This document shows, piece by piece, positions 47,641 through 58,259 of a DNA stretch of 64,000 nt. Made by a program: the position numbers and the translations under genes. The notes beneath the pieces are model-generated. The model had not been told where the DNA came from. It saw only the letters and a list, made by a program, of their open reading frames with translations, and ran no database searches. Each line of letters begins with the position of its first letter. Position 1 is the first letter of the stretch. This DNA is from an uncultured Pelagibacteraceae bacterium (GTDB taxonomy: Bacteria > Pseudomonadota > Alphaproteobacteria > Pelagibacterales > Pelagibacteraceae): positions 11,934 through 75,933 of the forward strand of contig CACLST010000001.1 of the NCBI GenBank assembly GCA_902609675.1, given 5' to 3'.

Positions 47641-48860
47641 GCAAAGAAAAATTTTTCACAAGTAAAAAAGCACTGATTACTCTTATTGCAGCTTCATTAA
47701 CGGTTATTTTTGCAATGGGTATTAGGCAAACATTTGGCTTATTTTTTTTTGATTTTAATACAGATCTTAATATTTCTATTTCACATTTTGGTTTTGTAAT
47801 AGGGTTGCAACTTTTAATGTGGGGAATCTTTAGTCCTGTCTTTGGTTTTATTACTGATAAGTATGGAGGTGCAACTGCAATTTTTCTGGGTTTTTGTTTT
47901 TTTTTAGCAGGGCTTCTACTTTTTTATTCAGGACTAAATACCGGACACTTATTCACTCTTACAATTGGTATTTTAATAGGTATCGGTTTAGGAGGGACCG
48001 CAATAAGTATCCCAGTATCTGTAGTTGCTAAACATTTTCCTGCTTCTAATAGAACAATAGCAACAGGTATTGTTACATGTGCAGGATCATTTGGTTTTTT
48101 TGTTTCACCTTTATTAGTTAGATACTCACTAATTGAAATGGGTTGGGAAATTACAATTTTATATTTTTGTTTTCTGTTAGGAATTGGATTAATTGTTGCT
48201 CTATTTGTAAATACACCAAAAATTCCAGTTGGAAGTAGTAATTTAGATAACAATCAAACAGCATCAGAGGCTTTAAGAGAGGCTTTTGGAAATAAAAGTT
48301 TCATATTTTTAACTCTTGGTTTTTTTGTTTGTGGTTGGCACATTGCTTTAGTGGCTACACATATCCCAACTTATATGATGGATAGAGGGCTACCCGATTG
48401 GACAGCAGCAATGATATTAGCGCTAGTTGGTGTTTTTAATATGATTGGTACAATTGGTGCAGGTTATTTAGCAACTAGATTTAGTAAAAAGAAAATTTTA
48501 AGTGCAATTTATTTGTTAAGAGGCGTATCATTAATTTATTTTATATTTTTACCCCCAAGCGTATTTAATTGTATAGTATTTGGAGTAACATTCGGGCTGT
48601 TGTGGCTTTCAACTGTACCCCCAACTAATGGAATAGTAGGGCATATATTCGGAACAAAACATCTAGGTCTTTTATATGGTATTGTATTTGTAAGTCATCA
48701 GGTAGGATCCTTTCTTGGAGCATATCTTGGTGGAGTTTTTTATGAGATGCATGGTAACTTTGATTATGCTTGGTACGCATCTATCGCACTTTCTATTTTT
48801 GCTGGTGTGATACACTTACCTATAAAAGAGAAAACAATTGAACGAGTTCAGGCAGCATAA
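47637..48860 (+). CDS. MFS transporter
   Basis: GIRQTFG, DKYG, GFFVCGWH, WLSTVPPT, HQVGSF. Confidence 0.88.
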   Translation: MSKEKFFTSKKALITLIAASLTVIFAMGIRQTFGLFFFDFNTDLNISISHFGFVIGLQLLMWGIFSPVFGFITDKYGGATAIFLGFCFFLAGLLLFYSGLNTGHLFTLTIGILIGIGLGGTAISIPVSVVAKHFPASNRTIATGIVTCAGSFGFFVSPLLVRYSLIEMGWEITILYFCFLLGIGLIVALFVNTPKIPVGSSNLDNNQTASEALREAFGNKSFIFLTLGFFVCGWHIALVATHIPTYMMDRGLPDWTAAMILALVGVFNMIGTIGAGYLATRFSKKKILSAIYLLRGVSLIYFIFLPPSVFNCIVFGVTFGLLWLSTVPPTNGIVGHIFGTKHLGLLYGIVFVSHQVGSFLGAYLGGVFYEMHGNFDYAWYASIALSIFAGVIHLPIKEKTIERVQAA

Positions 48861-50052
48861 ACTTAAATTTAATAAATATTTAGAAAAACTTTATCAGTCT
48901 AATAAGCCACTTATTATCTATAAAGTTGACGGGGGGTATAATATTTATACTGATTTTTCAAAGAAGATAACGCTTAACAAAAATAATATTTCAAAATTTT
49001 TAGATAGTTTTCCTTCGAAAAAATACAGAAAAGAAACTGACTTATATGTTGGATTTTTTAGTTATGAGATTTTATGTAGTCTTTTAAATTTATCTTTAAA
49101 AAATCAAAAAAAAATGAACTTTTACAAAGGTATTTTTTATAAGCCTGAAACTTTAATAAAAATAAGAAAAAAGATTATAATTCATTCAAATTTAAAAAAG
49201 GCAGAATTCAATAAAGTTTTTCAAAAAACTAAAATTCTTAGCCCTTTCAAATTAAATATAGACTTTAATCAGTATCAAAAAATATTTAATATATTTTCCA
49301 GAAAAATTAGAGAAGGAGAGACTTATCAAATAAAAATATGTACAAAATATAAGAATAAATCGACTATTAATTCAGTAAATTTCTTTTGGAAACTAATGAA
49401 GATTAACTCCTCGCCCGAGTCATTTATGATAAGAGATAAAGATTATTCAATAGTTAGCTGCTCACCTGAAACTTTAATTCACAGGGTAGGTAATCTTATT
49501 ACTACTAAACCTATTGCGGGAACCTTAAAAAAAAATAAATATACAACTAAATCTAAAGCTCTCAGTTTCTTTAGAAATAACATCAAAGAAACTAAAGAAC
49601 ATAATATGATTGTTGATCTTGAGAGAAACGATTTATCTAGAATATGTAAACCAGGTTCAGTAAAAATTAAAAAGCAAAAATATGTAGAAGAATATAAGCA
49701 CCTTTATCATTACGTAACTAGCATTATTGGAAAACTAAATCTAAAAACATCTGTTAAAGAAATAATTAAGTCAATGATGCCAGGTGGATCTGTCATTGGA
49801 TGTCCTAAAATAAGAACGTTGGAATTACTCAATTCGCAAGAAAAAGAAGATAGAAATATTTTTACTGGAAGTTTTGGGTATATAAAATTTAATCAGGATA
49901 TGCGGTTTAACATAATTATTAGATCAATTTTAAACTTTAAAAATCGATCAGAAATATCGGCAGCTTCTGGGGTTGTGTTGGATAGCAATTCAAAGAAAGA
50001 ATTTAATGAAAACTTTATCAAAGCAAAATCACTTTTGGAATTATTTAAATGA
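48838..50052 (+). CDS. pabB: Chorismate-binding enzyme (PabB/TrpE component I)
   Basis: GETYQ, SPE, PIAGT, EHNMIVDLERNDL, PGGSVIGCPK, IIIRS; start codon uncertain. Confidence 0.75.
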   Translation: MNEFRQHKLKFNKYLEKLYQSNKPLIIYKVDGGYNIYTDFSKKITLNKNNISKFLDSFPSKKYRKETDLYVGFFSYEILCSLLNLSLKNQKKMNFYKGIFYKPETLIKIRKKIIIHSNLKKAEFNKVFQKTKILSPFKLNIDFNQYQKIFNIFSRKIREGETYQIKICTKYKNKSTINSVNFFWKLMKINSSPESFMIRDKDYSIVSCSPETLIHRVGNLITTKPIAGTLKKNKYTTKSKALSFFRNNIKETKEHNMIVDLERNDLSRICKPGSVKIKKQKYVEEYKHLYHYVTSIIGKLNLKTSVKEIIKSMMPGGSVIGCPKIRTLELLNSQEKEDRNIFTGSFGYIKFNQDMRFNIIIRSILNFKNRSEISAASGVVLDSNSKKEFNENFIKAKSLLELFK

Positions 50053-50606
50053 TTTATATTATTGATCATCAAGATTCATTTACATGGAATGTGGTTCACC
50101 AATTTTCTGAATTTGATGAAGTATATTGCTCAAATTATTTTGATATAAATAAAAAATTATTAGATAAATGTAACACAATTGTATTTTCTCCTGGACCAGG
50201 TTCACCAAAAGATTATCCAACATCATTAAAGATTTATAATAAATTCAAAGGAGCAAAAAAAATTATTGGTATTTGTCTTGGTTATCAATTGATCTTACAC
50301 AGTGAAAATGGAAAAATTATTCAGCAAAAAAATATTTATCATGGTTTTCAATCGACTGTTAAAGTTACAAGTAATAATTCTATTTTTAAAAAAAATTCAG
50401 TTTTTAAAGTTGGCAGGTACCATTCACTCAAGTTAAAAGAACCTTTTATGAAAGAAAACTTTAATATTACAATGAGATGTACTAAATCTGATATAGCAAT
50501 GGGTTTCGAAAATAGTCAAGATGATGTATATGGATTTCAGTTTCACCCAGAATCTTTTTTGACAAATAATGGTAAAATACTTATTAAAAAAATCTTATCA
50601 GCGTAA
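50049..50606 (+). CDS. pabA: Glutamine amidotransferase (PabA/TrpG)
   Basis: DSFTWN, SPGPGSP, GICLG, RYHSL, QFHPES. Confidence 0.85.
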   Translation: MIYIIDHQDSFTWNVVHQFSEFDEVYCSNYFDINKKLLDKCNTIVFSPGPGSPKDYPTSLKIYNKFKGAKKIIGICLGYQLILHSENGKIIQQKNIYHGFQSTVKVTSNNSIFKKNSVFKVGRYHSLKLKEPFMKENFNITMRCTKSDIAMGFENSQDDVYGFQFHPESFLTNNGKILIKKILSA

Positions 50607-51339
50607 AAACTTTAAAGAAATTGAGTTTGATGATCTATGGAACAAGGATGGAGTTTTTACAACAATGTGGATCTATAATAAACCACCTAAAATTCTTTTT
50701 TTTAAAACACACATTGATAATTTAATAAAATCATTAAAGGCTTATAAGATCTATGATGAAGCAATTAAAAGTAAAATATTAAAATTAATAAATGAAAATA
50801 TAGATAAAACTAAATCTTATAATCATTTACTCAGAGTTGCTTTAAATAAAAAAACTATTTCAATATCACTTAGAGAGAGAGTTAAACCTAAGACTAAATT
50901 TGGTATTAAATTAGTCCAGTATGAAAGAGTGAAACCTGAATATAAAAATTTAAAATACAAAAAAATACTAGGTTTCTTATCGAAAATGAATACCTCAAAA
51001 GAAGACATTGCTTTATGTGTAAATGATAAAATATTTGAAACAGGAACTTCAAATTTATTATTTGTTAAAAATAACAAAATTTATTCAGCAAAAAATAAAT
51101 ATTATAGAGGAACAAACCTTAAATTTTATGAAAAAAAATTTAAAATTGTTAAAAAAAATATTTATCTAAAAGAATTAAATCAATTTGATGAAATCTTGCT
51201 TATTGGTTCTGGCAAAGGAGTAGTTTCCGCAAGTTATATTGTAGATAACAATTGGAGGAGAAGGAAAAACAAAATATTTAATTCGATGTACAAAACTTTT
51301 GAAAAAGAATTTAAAAAAGATAAATATATTTTTAATTAA
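50569..51339 (+). CDS. pabC: Class IV PLP enzyme (4-amino-4-deoxychorismate lyase-like)
   Basis: DGVFTTM, YKNL, ETGTSNL, RGT; follows pabB-pabA. Confidence 0.7.
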   Translation: MVKYLLKKSYQRKNFKEIEFDDLWNKDGVFTTMWIYNKPPKILFFKTHIDNLIKSLKAYKIYDEAIKSKILKLINENIDKTKSYNHLLRVALNKKTISISLRERVKPKTKFGIKLVQYERVKPEYKNLKYKKILGFLSKMNTSKEDIALCVNDKIFETGTSNLLFVKNNKIYSAKNKYYRGTNLKFYEKKFKIVKKNIYLKELNQFDEILLIGSGKGVVSASYIVDNNWRRRKNKIFNSMYKTFEKEFKKDKYIFN

Positions 51340-51342
51340 AAA

Positions 51343-51744
51343 ATGAGAGATCCCAATAACCCATGTTTATTTTGTAATATATCCAACAACGATTTAGAAC
51401 TAGAAAATGAATTGGCTTACGCTAGTTATGATACTTACCCAGTTTCAAAGTATCATGCTTTAATTGTTCCAAAGAGACATGTAGAAAATTATTTTGAACT
51501 AAATAATGAGGAAGTTCTTGCTTGTGATGCACTTCTAAAAGAACTTAAAAAAAAACTTGAATATAAAGATAATACAATTGAAGGATTTAATGTAGGTTCA
51601 AACACTGGTAAAACTGCAGGACAATCAATTAATCATTGTCATATTCATCTGATTCCAAGAAGACCAGGAGACGTAGACAACCCGCAAGGTGGTGTTAGAA
51701 GCGTAATTGCCTCCAAACAACATTATGTGCGTAAAACTAAATAA
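51343..51744 (+). CDS. HIT family nucleotidyl hydrolase/transferase
   Basis: CLFC, YPVSKYHALIVPKRH, AGQSINHCHIHLIPR. Confidence 0.92.
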   Translation: MRDPNNPCLFCNISNNDLELENELAYASYDTYPVSKYHALIVPKRHVENYFELNNEEVLACDALLKELKKKLEYKDNTIEGFNVGSNTGKTAGQSINHCHIHLIPRRPGDVDNPQGGVRSVIASKQHYVRKTK

Positions 51745-51840
51745 TAATTACGTTTATAAGCTGTTGAAATGTCATTATATCGCGGTTGATCTATTTAAAT
51801 AAGTGTACTAAAAATCTTAAGCGGAAGGAACAAATTCACA

Positions 51841-52641
51841 ATGATATCAACTAATCCATTCTTAACACTAGCAGAGACTGTACCACCATTTTTGATGCAA
51901 TCTTTTGTTATTTTAATGGGCTTACTAATTTTAGTTGGAACAGTTATGGATATTATCCATAAAAAAAATGTGAAGTATTTCTTTAACAATGCAAAAAAAG
52001 CAAAATTATCAGCTACGAAAACCTTATCAACAGGAGAGAGAATATCTGTAATTTCAAAAACTATAGCGAGCGACATTGCTACTACGTCAGAACTTGGTGC
52101 CGGTAAAAGAAGAGTCGCGCATGTAATGGGAATGTATGGAACTATACTTTTTTGGGTAGGTTCAGTTGTAATGATCTTCTTTTATACATCGCCGGGATCT
52201 ACAACCCCTGCAGTATGGCCAATGATATGGCATATTGGAGCAGCACTAACTGTATTAGGAGGATCTTGGTTTTGGTTCTTTCTAAGAGTTGATGTTTATT
52301 CTGAGGCACAACCTTGGTTTAGAGTAATTAAAGCTGACTTATTTGTTTTAGCATTAATAGCATCATCTTTATTTGGTTTGATATGGTCTTATCTTCAATC
52401 ACTAAATCTTGTTGGAAGATATGATGATATGGTTTTCTTAGCATTATTCATTGTTGCAAATCTGGTTTTATTTGGGGGAGTATATTGGTCAAAATTTGCT
52501 CATATGTTTTATAAACCTGGCGCAGCACTACAAAAAAATTTAGCAGAAGCTGACGGTTCTAGAGATAATCTACCACCAGAAGCAGATGCACCTGAACAAT
52601 TTGGCTTAGGTATAAAAAGAGAAGAGCCAAAACACTATTAA
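51841..52641 (+). CDS. aprM: APS reductase membrane anchor
   Basis: About 5 TM, HKKNVKYFF, WSKFAHMFYKP; directly upstream of aprBA. Confidence 0.88.
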   Translation: MISTNPFLTLAETVPPFLMQSFVILMGLLILVGTVMDIIHKKNVKYFFNNAKKAKLSATKTLSTGERISVISKTIASDIATTSELGAGKRRVAHVMGMYGTILFWVGSVVMIFFYTSPGSTTPAVWPMIWHIGAALTVLGGSWFWFFLRVDVYSEAQPWFRVIKADLFVLALIASSLFGLIWSYLQSLNLVGRYDDMVFLALFIVANLVLFGGVYWSKFAHMFYKPGAALQKNLAEADGSRDNLPPEADAPEQFGLGIKREEPKHY

Positions 52642-52675
52642 TATGATAAAAATTAAAAAGGAGAAAAATTAAATT

Positions 52676-53146
52676 ATGTCAACTTTTGTATACATGACCC
52701 GTTGCGATGGCTGTGGTCACTGCGTAGATATTTGTCCATCAGATATAATGCATATCGATGAAACAATAAGAAGAGCAAAGAATATTGAACCAAACTTTTG
52801 TTGGGAGTGCTATTCGTGCGTGAAAGCATGCCCTAATCATGCAATTGATGTAAGAGGTTATGCAGATTTTGCACCAATGGGACACAGCGTAAGAGTAAGA
52901 CGTGAAGAAGAAAAAGGAACCATCTCATGGAAGATAAAATTTAGAAATGGAACTACAAAAGATTTTGTATCTCCAATCACAACTAAACCTTGGGGAAAGT
53001 TTATTCCAAAACTTGCTGAAGGAGATAAACCAAATCAAGGAGAGATAAACTCTCAAAGATTATATACTGAGCCAGAAGGTTTAAATATTGATGGAGAACT
53101 ACCATCAGTTCCAAAAGAAACTTTCAAAAAAGGAGTTTATTATTAA
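52676..53146 (+). CDS. aprB: Adenylylsulfate reductase beta subunit
   Basis: TFVYMTRCDGCGHCVDICP, CWECYSCVKACP, RGYADFAP. Confidence 0.96.
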   Translation: MSTFVYMTRCDGCGHCVDICPSDIMHIDETIRRAKNIEPNFCWECYSCVKACPNHAIDVRGYADFAPMGHSVRVRREEEKGTISWKIKFRNGTTKDFVSPITTKPWGKFIPKLAEGDKPNQGEINSQRLYTEPEGLNIDGELPSVPKETFKKGVYY

Positions 53147-55008
53147 TGGCCAAACATAAAACACATTACGAAGATTGTGACGTTCTAGTAGTTGGAGGTG
53201 GCATGGCTGGAACAGGTGCAGCATTTGAAGCAAGGCACTGGGGCAGAGATTTGAAAATTGTTTGTGTTGAAAAAGCAAATATAGATAGAAGCGGAGCTGT
53301 AGCCCAAGGATTATATGCAATTAATTGTTATATGGGTATGCAATGGGGTGAAAACCAACCTGAAGATCACGTTAGATATGCTCGTAATGATTTAATGGGA
53401 ATGGTAAGAGAAGATTTAGGTTATGATATGGCTCGTCATGTAGACTCAACTGTACACATGTTTGATGAGTGGGGCCTGCCAATGATGAAAAATGAAAAAA
53501 CTGGTCGTTACTTAAGAGAAGGTAAATGGCAAATCATGATTCATGGTGAAAGTTACAAACCAATAGTAGCTGAAGCTGCAAAAAAATCAGCTGACAAAAT
53601 TTACAATAGAATAATGATCACTCATCTTTTAATGGATGAGGAAAAAGAAAATAGAGTAGGTGGAGCTGTAGGGTTTAATATGAGAACTGGAGATTTCCAT
53701 GTTTTCAGAGCAAAGACAGTTATAGTTGCTGCAGGTGGAGCATCTCACATATTTAAACCAAGAGCTGTAGGAGAAGGAATGGGAAGAACTTGGTATGCTC
53801 CTTGGAGTAATGGTTCAGCATATGCACTTCCTATTGCAGCAGGAGCTAAAATGACTCAAATGGAAAACAGAATTGTATTATGTAGATTTAAAGACGGATA
53901 CGGTCCTGTTGGCGCATACTTCCTACATTTGAAAACTTATACTCAAAATGCTAATGGGGAAAACTATGAAAAGAAATGGTATGAACAAACTAAAGAATTG
54001 GTTGGTGAATATATAGACCATCACCCAACCCCTACATGTTTAAGAAATCATGCATTTATTCAAGAAACTATGGCAGGTGGAGGCCCAATTCATATGGTTA
54101 CTACAGAGGCTTTTCAAGATCCACATTTAGAAACTGTTGGCTGGGAAAACTTCTTAGGAATGACAGTTGGTCAAGCTGTTGTTTGGGCATCACAGAATAT
54201 TGATCCTAAATACACAAATCCAGAACTTACTACATCGGAGCCTTACGTTATGGGTTCACATGCTACATGTTCAGGGGCATGGGTAAGCGGACCAGAAGAT
54301 CTATCACCGCCAGAATATTTCTGGGGTTACAACAGGATGTTAACAATTCAGGGACTTTTTGGAGCTGGAGATACTGTTGGAGGTAGCGCCCATAAATTTT
54401 CATCAGGATCATTTACAGAAGGTCGATTAGCAGCAAAAGCAGCAGTTAAATATATTGAAGACCAAAAAGCTAATGATATTAAAGTTAGCGATAAACAATG
54501 TGAGGACTTTAAAACAGCTGTTTATAAACCACTTGAAAATTATACTGTTGGAAGAAACGAGATAACTGGAGGAACTGTTTCACCTAGTTATATCTCTCCA
54601 ATTCAAGGCCTTCAAAGATTACAAAGAATTATGGACGAATATGTTGGAGGAATTGCAACAAACTACATGACTAACGCAAACATGCTTAAAAAAGGTCTAG
54701 AATTACTCAAATGGCTTGAAGAAGATCTAGAAAATGTTGGAGCAGAGGACTATCATCAGCTAATGAGAGCTTGGGAGCTTAAGCATAGAGCTTTAACATC
54801 TCAGTGTGTAACAGAACATACTATGTTTAGAGAAGAAACTAGATGGCCGGGCTATTATTATAGAGGCGATCATATGAAGCTTGACGATGATAATTGGCAT
54901 TGTTTGACAGTTTCTAGAAGAGATCCTAAAACTGGTAAGTTTACTTTAGAAAAAGTGCCCGTTTACCATATCGTAGATGAGAACGAGAAGAAAAAAGAAG
55001 CTTCTTAA
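53146..55008 (+). CDS. aprA: Adenylylsulfate reductase alpha subunit
   Basis: RSGAVAQGLYAINCY, GKWQIMIHGESYKPIVAEAA, HKFSSGS, REETRWPGYYYR. Confidence 0.97.
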   Translation: MAKHKTHYEDCDVLVVGGGMAGTGAAFEARHWGRDLKIVCVEKANIDRSGAVAQGLYAINCYMGMQWGENQPEDHVRYARNDLMGMVREDLGYDMARHVDSTVHMFDEWGLPMMKNEKTGRYLREGKWQIMIHGESYKPIVAEAAKKSADKIYNRIMITHLLMDEEKENRVGGAVGFNMRTGDFHVFRAKTVIVAAGGASHIFKPRAVGEGMGRTWYAPWSNGSAYALPIAAGAKMTQMENRIVLCRFKDGYGPVGAYFLHLKTYTQNANGENYEKKWYEQTKELVGEYIDHHPTPTCLRNHAFIQETMAGGGPIHMVTTEAFQDPHLETVGWENFLGMTVGQAVVWASQNIDPKYTNPELTTSEPYVMGSHATCSGAWVSGPEDLSPPEYFWGYNRMLTIQGLFGAGDTVGGSAHKFSSGSFTEGRLAAKAAVKYIEDQKANDIKVSDKQCEDFKTAVYKPLENYTVGRNEITGGTVSPSYISPIQGLQRLQRIMDEYVGGIATNYMTNANMLKKGLELLKWLEEDLENVGAEDYHQLMRAWELKHRALTSQCVTEHTMFREETRWPGYYYRGDHMKLDDDNWHCLTVSRRDPKTGKFTLEKVPVYHIVDENEKKKEAS

Positions 55009-55024
55009 TTGAAACAAATCAGAA

Positions 55025-55375
55025 ATGGCTCTTTTAGATAAATCCGACGAGGAAATTATTAAAATTGCAGAACCAATGTGGGCTAACTTAGTTAAGTCCT
55101 CAAACATTAAAGATTATGGTGGCTTTACTCGAGATTTGTCCTCCCAAATGATGTATGGAGCTAATGAAGTCGAACTTGGAAAACAATGGGCAAATAATGA
55201 GTTGATTTCAAGTTTAGCTGAAGGATGTAAGGCAATCGGCTGCCTTAGAAGAGGTCTTTATATAACAGTCTTATATAAACAGACTAGCACAAAGATCCCT
55301 GGAGACTTTTTGGGAAGACTAGTTCTCGGAGAAGAGGGAGATGAAGTCAAAGTCTTCGGTGCAACAATTTTCTAA
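55025..55375 (+). CDS. Hypothetical soluble protein downstream of aprA
   Basis: 116-aa ORF 16 bp after aprA; no motif recognised. Confidence 0.7.
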   Translation: MALLDKSDEEIIKIAEPMWANLVKSSNIKDYGGFTRDLSSQMMYGANEVELGKQWANNELISSLAEGCKAIGCLRRGLYITVLYKQTSTKIPGDFLGRLVLGEEGDEVKVFGATIF

Positions 55376-55426
55376 ATATTTTAAAAAAATATTTGCATTT
55401 ATTACAACTTGTGATATTCCGCAAGT

Positions 55427-55573
55427 ATGTTTCAAATAATAAATCATAATTTAAAAAAACTTCCTTTATTCTTTGAAAATCAACTAAGTAAAATAATTAA
55501 ATCATTTTTATATCTTTTTATCTTCTTCGCTTGGGGCATAATTCTTCTTAGCACTGCACAGAATTTTATTTAA
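55427..55573 (+). CDS. Putative small membrane protein (48 aa), not in ORF track
   Basis: MFQIINHNLKKLPLFFENQLSKIIKSFLYLFIFFAWGIILLSTAQNFI*; fills the intergenic gap. Confidence 0.45.
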   Translation: MFQIINHNLKKLPLFFENQLSKIIKSFLYLFIFFAWGIILLSTAQNFI

Positions 55574-55625
55574 AAAAACATTCATATTTATTGACTTTAT
55601 ATTCGTAGAGGAATAATTACTTTAA

Positions 55626-56711
55626 ATGGAGTATTTTCTTCCAATTGCACAAGTCGAAATAAATTTACTTTTTATATTTGGTCTAAGTTTAGTTGTAGGA
55701 ATTTTATCTGGCTTGTTTGGAGTAGGTGGAGGATTTTTGATGACACCTTTTTTAATTTTTTTAGGTGTACCTCCTATTTATGCAGTTCCCAATGAAGCCA
55801 GTAATATTTTAGGAACCTCAGTCTCTGGATCTACAACTCATTATCTTAAAGGAACACTCGATTACAAAATGGGTTTCATGATTGTCATTGGAGGAGCTGT
55901 CGGAACAATACTTGGAATTATAACTTTTTCATATTTCAAAGATATTGGAAAAATCAATGTAGTTATCTCTTTAGCTTATATGTATATCCTTGCAATTTTA
56001 GGAACCTTTATGCTTATTCAAGGTGTATCAGAAATTGATAAAGCAAGAAAAAAAATAACCGAAAAAAAAAAACTACATAAACATTATTGGATACATGGTC
56101 TTCCTTTAAGAATGCGTTTTAAAAAGTCGCAACTTTATGAAAGTGCATTTACACCAATAATAATAGGTCTGATAGTTGGTTTCATCGCTGCAATTATGGG
56201 AATAGGTGGTGCTTTCATTTTAGTACCAGCAATGATTTATATTATTGGGATGCCAACAAGATTAATTCCAGGTACTTCCCTTTTTGTAACTATATTTATC
56301 AGTGCAATAGTTACAATTTTGCATGCGTTGAATTATGGAACCATAGATTTAATATTAGTTACTGTTTTAATTTTAGGTTCAATAATAGGTGTACAGTTTG
56401 GACAAAAAATTGGAGAAAAAATTGATAGCTCAGAATTTAAAACTATTTTAGCAATATTATTATTATTGGTTGGTATAGCAATTGCTTATGATACTTTTAT
56501 CAAAGATGAAAAAACAACAAGTGTTATTGTTAATGCTACAGATAATTTAGGACCATTAAGTGAATTTATATTAAATTTTTCAAAAGATTTACCAGTATTT
56601 TACGGTCTAACCTCAGTTTTACTTGCTGTAGTACTCGGAGTTGGAGCTGCAATGATTAGAAGAGTTTATTCTAATTGGGATGATAAAAGATTAGCAAAAT
56701 TAAAAAAATAA
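55626..56711 (+). CDS. tauE: TauE/SafE family sulfite/sulfonate exporter
   Basis: SGLFGVGGGFLMTP and IMGIGGAFILVP repeats; lies between apr and suy/xsc. Confidence 0.82.
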   Translation: MEYFLPIAQVEINLLFIFGLSLVVGILSGLFGVGGGFLMTPFLIFLGVPPIYAVPNEASNILGTSVSGSTTHYLKGTLDYKMGFMIVIGGAVGTILGIITFSYFKDIGKINVVISLAYMYILAILGTFMLIQGVSEIDKARKKITEKKKLHKHYWIHGLPLRMRFKKSQLYESAFTPIIIGLIVGFIAAIMGIGGAFILVPAMIYIIGMPTRLIPGTSLFVTIFISAIVTILHALNYGTIDLILVTVLILGSIIGVQFGQKIGEKIDSSEFKTILAILLLLVGIAIAYDTFIKDEKTTSVIVNATDNLGPLSEFILNFSKDLPVFYGLTSVLLAVVLGVGAAMIRRVYSNWDDKRLAKLKK

Positions 56712-57878
56712 TTAGGCGCTTCTATATAATTTAGTCATAACAAATTCTTTATGACCGAGAGCTTCAGCACAAGTTAATCTTCCATTGGCAACTCTTAAAG
56801 TTGATTTGATTAACTCATCTCCAGCTTGACTTAAATTCATTTCTCTAGATAAAATTTTAGAAACGTCCACATCAATATGTTCACTCATAGTTTTTGCTGT
56901 AAGAGGATTTGCTGTCAATTTAATCACAGGCTCTATTGGATTTCCTATAATATTGCCCTGTCCAGTTGGGAATAAATGGATATTAAAACCTCCTGCAGCT
57001 TGTAAAGTAACACATTCTGCAGCAGCTGAAGAAGTATCCATGAAGTACAATCCCGCACCTTTTGTCGGTTCCTCGGCTGGCTCTAGAACATCAATAAACT
57101 GACATCCTCCAATTTTCTGAAAATTACCAAATGCTTTTTCTTCGATAGTAGTTAAGCCACCAGCAATGTTACCTGCAGTTGGTTGACTTTCTGATAAATC
57201 ATCTGTTGCTTCTTTAAGAATAAAATCATTATAATCATTCCATGTCTTTTTAAACTTTGCCTGAGCCTCCGGTGTTTTGCCTCTTTTTTCGCAAACTGTT
57301 TCAGCTCCTGTAAGCTCAGAAGTCTCACCAAAACATAAATGAACACCAAGTGGTTCTAACTTATCCATAAGATTTCCAACAGTAGGATTAGATGCTAATC
57401 CTGATGTTGTATCAGACTCTCCACATTTTACTGAAATCCATAAATCACTCATTGGACACTCTTCTCTTTGTTTTTCAGAAGCCCACATTGAAAACTCTTG
57501 TGCTTTTTTTGAAACTTTAGCAATAGTATCTATATCTCCAACTCCCTCTATACTAAATCCTTCAACTGGTTTGCCAGTTGTTGCAATTGCATCAACAATC
57601 CTTTTTGTCCATTTAGGTTCAATACCTATAACTATAACAGCTGCAACATTAGGATTTTTTCCTGTACCGATCATTGTTCTAAAATGAAGTTCTAAATCTG
57701 CACCAAATTGCAGTCGCCCATAAGAGTGAGGTAGAGCTATTGTACCTTTAATGTTATTTGCTACTGCTTCTGCACATGCATTTGAAATATCGTCTACAGG
57801 AAGAATAATAACGTGATTACGTGTTCCTGCACGACCATTTTCTCTTTTATATCCTAAAAAACTTTCTGGAATTTCCAT
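56712..57878 (-). CDS. suyB: (2R)-sulfolactate sulfo-lyase beta subunit (UxaA family)
   Basis: [57 protein letters not shown]. Confidence 0.88.
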   Translation of the reverse strand: MEIPESFLGYKRENGRAGTRNHVIILPVDDISNACAEAVANNIKGTIALPHSYGRLQFGADLELHFRTMIGTGKNPNVAAVIVIGIEPKWTKRIVDAIATTGKPVEGFSIEGVGDIDTIAKVSKKAQEFSMWASEKQREECPMSDLWISVKCGESDTTSGLASNPTVGNLMDKLEPLGVHLCFGETSELTGAETVCEKRGKTPEAQAKFKKTWNDYNDFILKEATDDLSESQPTAGNIAGGLTTIEEKAFGNFQKIGGCQFIDVLEPAEEPTKGAGLYFMDTSSAAAECVTLQAAGGFNIHLFPTGQGNIIGNPIEPVIKLTANPLTAKTMSEHIDVDVSKILSREMNLSQAGDELIKSTLRVANGRLTCAEALGHKEFVMTKLYRSA

Positions 57879-57881
57879 TTA

Positions 57882-58169
57882 TTACCACTTTTTTGTTTTT
57901 ACATTATGAACATGAACATGTTCGCCTTTTTTAATATTTTTAACTACTTTCCCAATATCATGACCATATTTCAAAATAGTGTCACCCTCACTTAGATCTG
58001 CCATTGCAATCTTATGACCCAATGGTATTTCATCTTTTGATTGTATTGAAACAGACTTATCATTTTCCATTATCCAACAATTACAATCTTGTTCTGGGGT
58101 TATTTTCTCTATAACTACTACGCCTACGTTGTCTTTTTCATCATGTATTATTATATCAGTATTTGACAT
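57882..58169 (-). CDS. suyA: (2R)-sulfolactate sulfo-lyase alpha subunit (SAF domain)
   Basis: DNVGVVV, IPLGHKIA, KYGHDIG, HVHVHNVKTKKW; true start MSNTD at 58169 (the track start at 58322 overlaps xsc). Confidence 0.88.
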   Translation of the reverse strand: MSNTDIIIHDEKDNVGVVVIEKITPEQDCNCWIMENDKSVSIQSKDEIPLGHKIAMADLSEGDTILKYGHDIGKVVKNIKKGEHVHVHNVKTKKW

Positions 58170-58259
58170 TGTGACGATTTCTTTATTTGAAATTCGCTCA
58201 ATCTTATATATTAATCGGGCACTTTGACAATTAAAAAAAAGAATTAGAAAGGCTGAACC

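Noticed and set aside
48838-50606. Annotation as anthranilate synthase trpEG
   Set aside because: Followed by a class IV PLP lyase and no trpD/trpC, which fits pabBAC better; not fully excluded.
51841-55008. Dissimilatory sulfate reduction
   Set aside because: An AprM anchor, and no qmo, dsr or sat in the window, indicate the oxidative Apr lineage.
56712-58169. Altronate/galactarate dehydratase (uxaA/garD)
   Set aside because: Split alpha/beta architecture, SuyB-type motifs and position beside xsc/tauE indicate suyAB.
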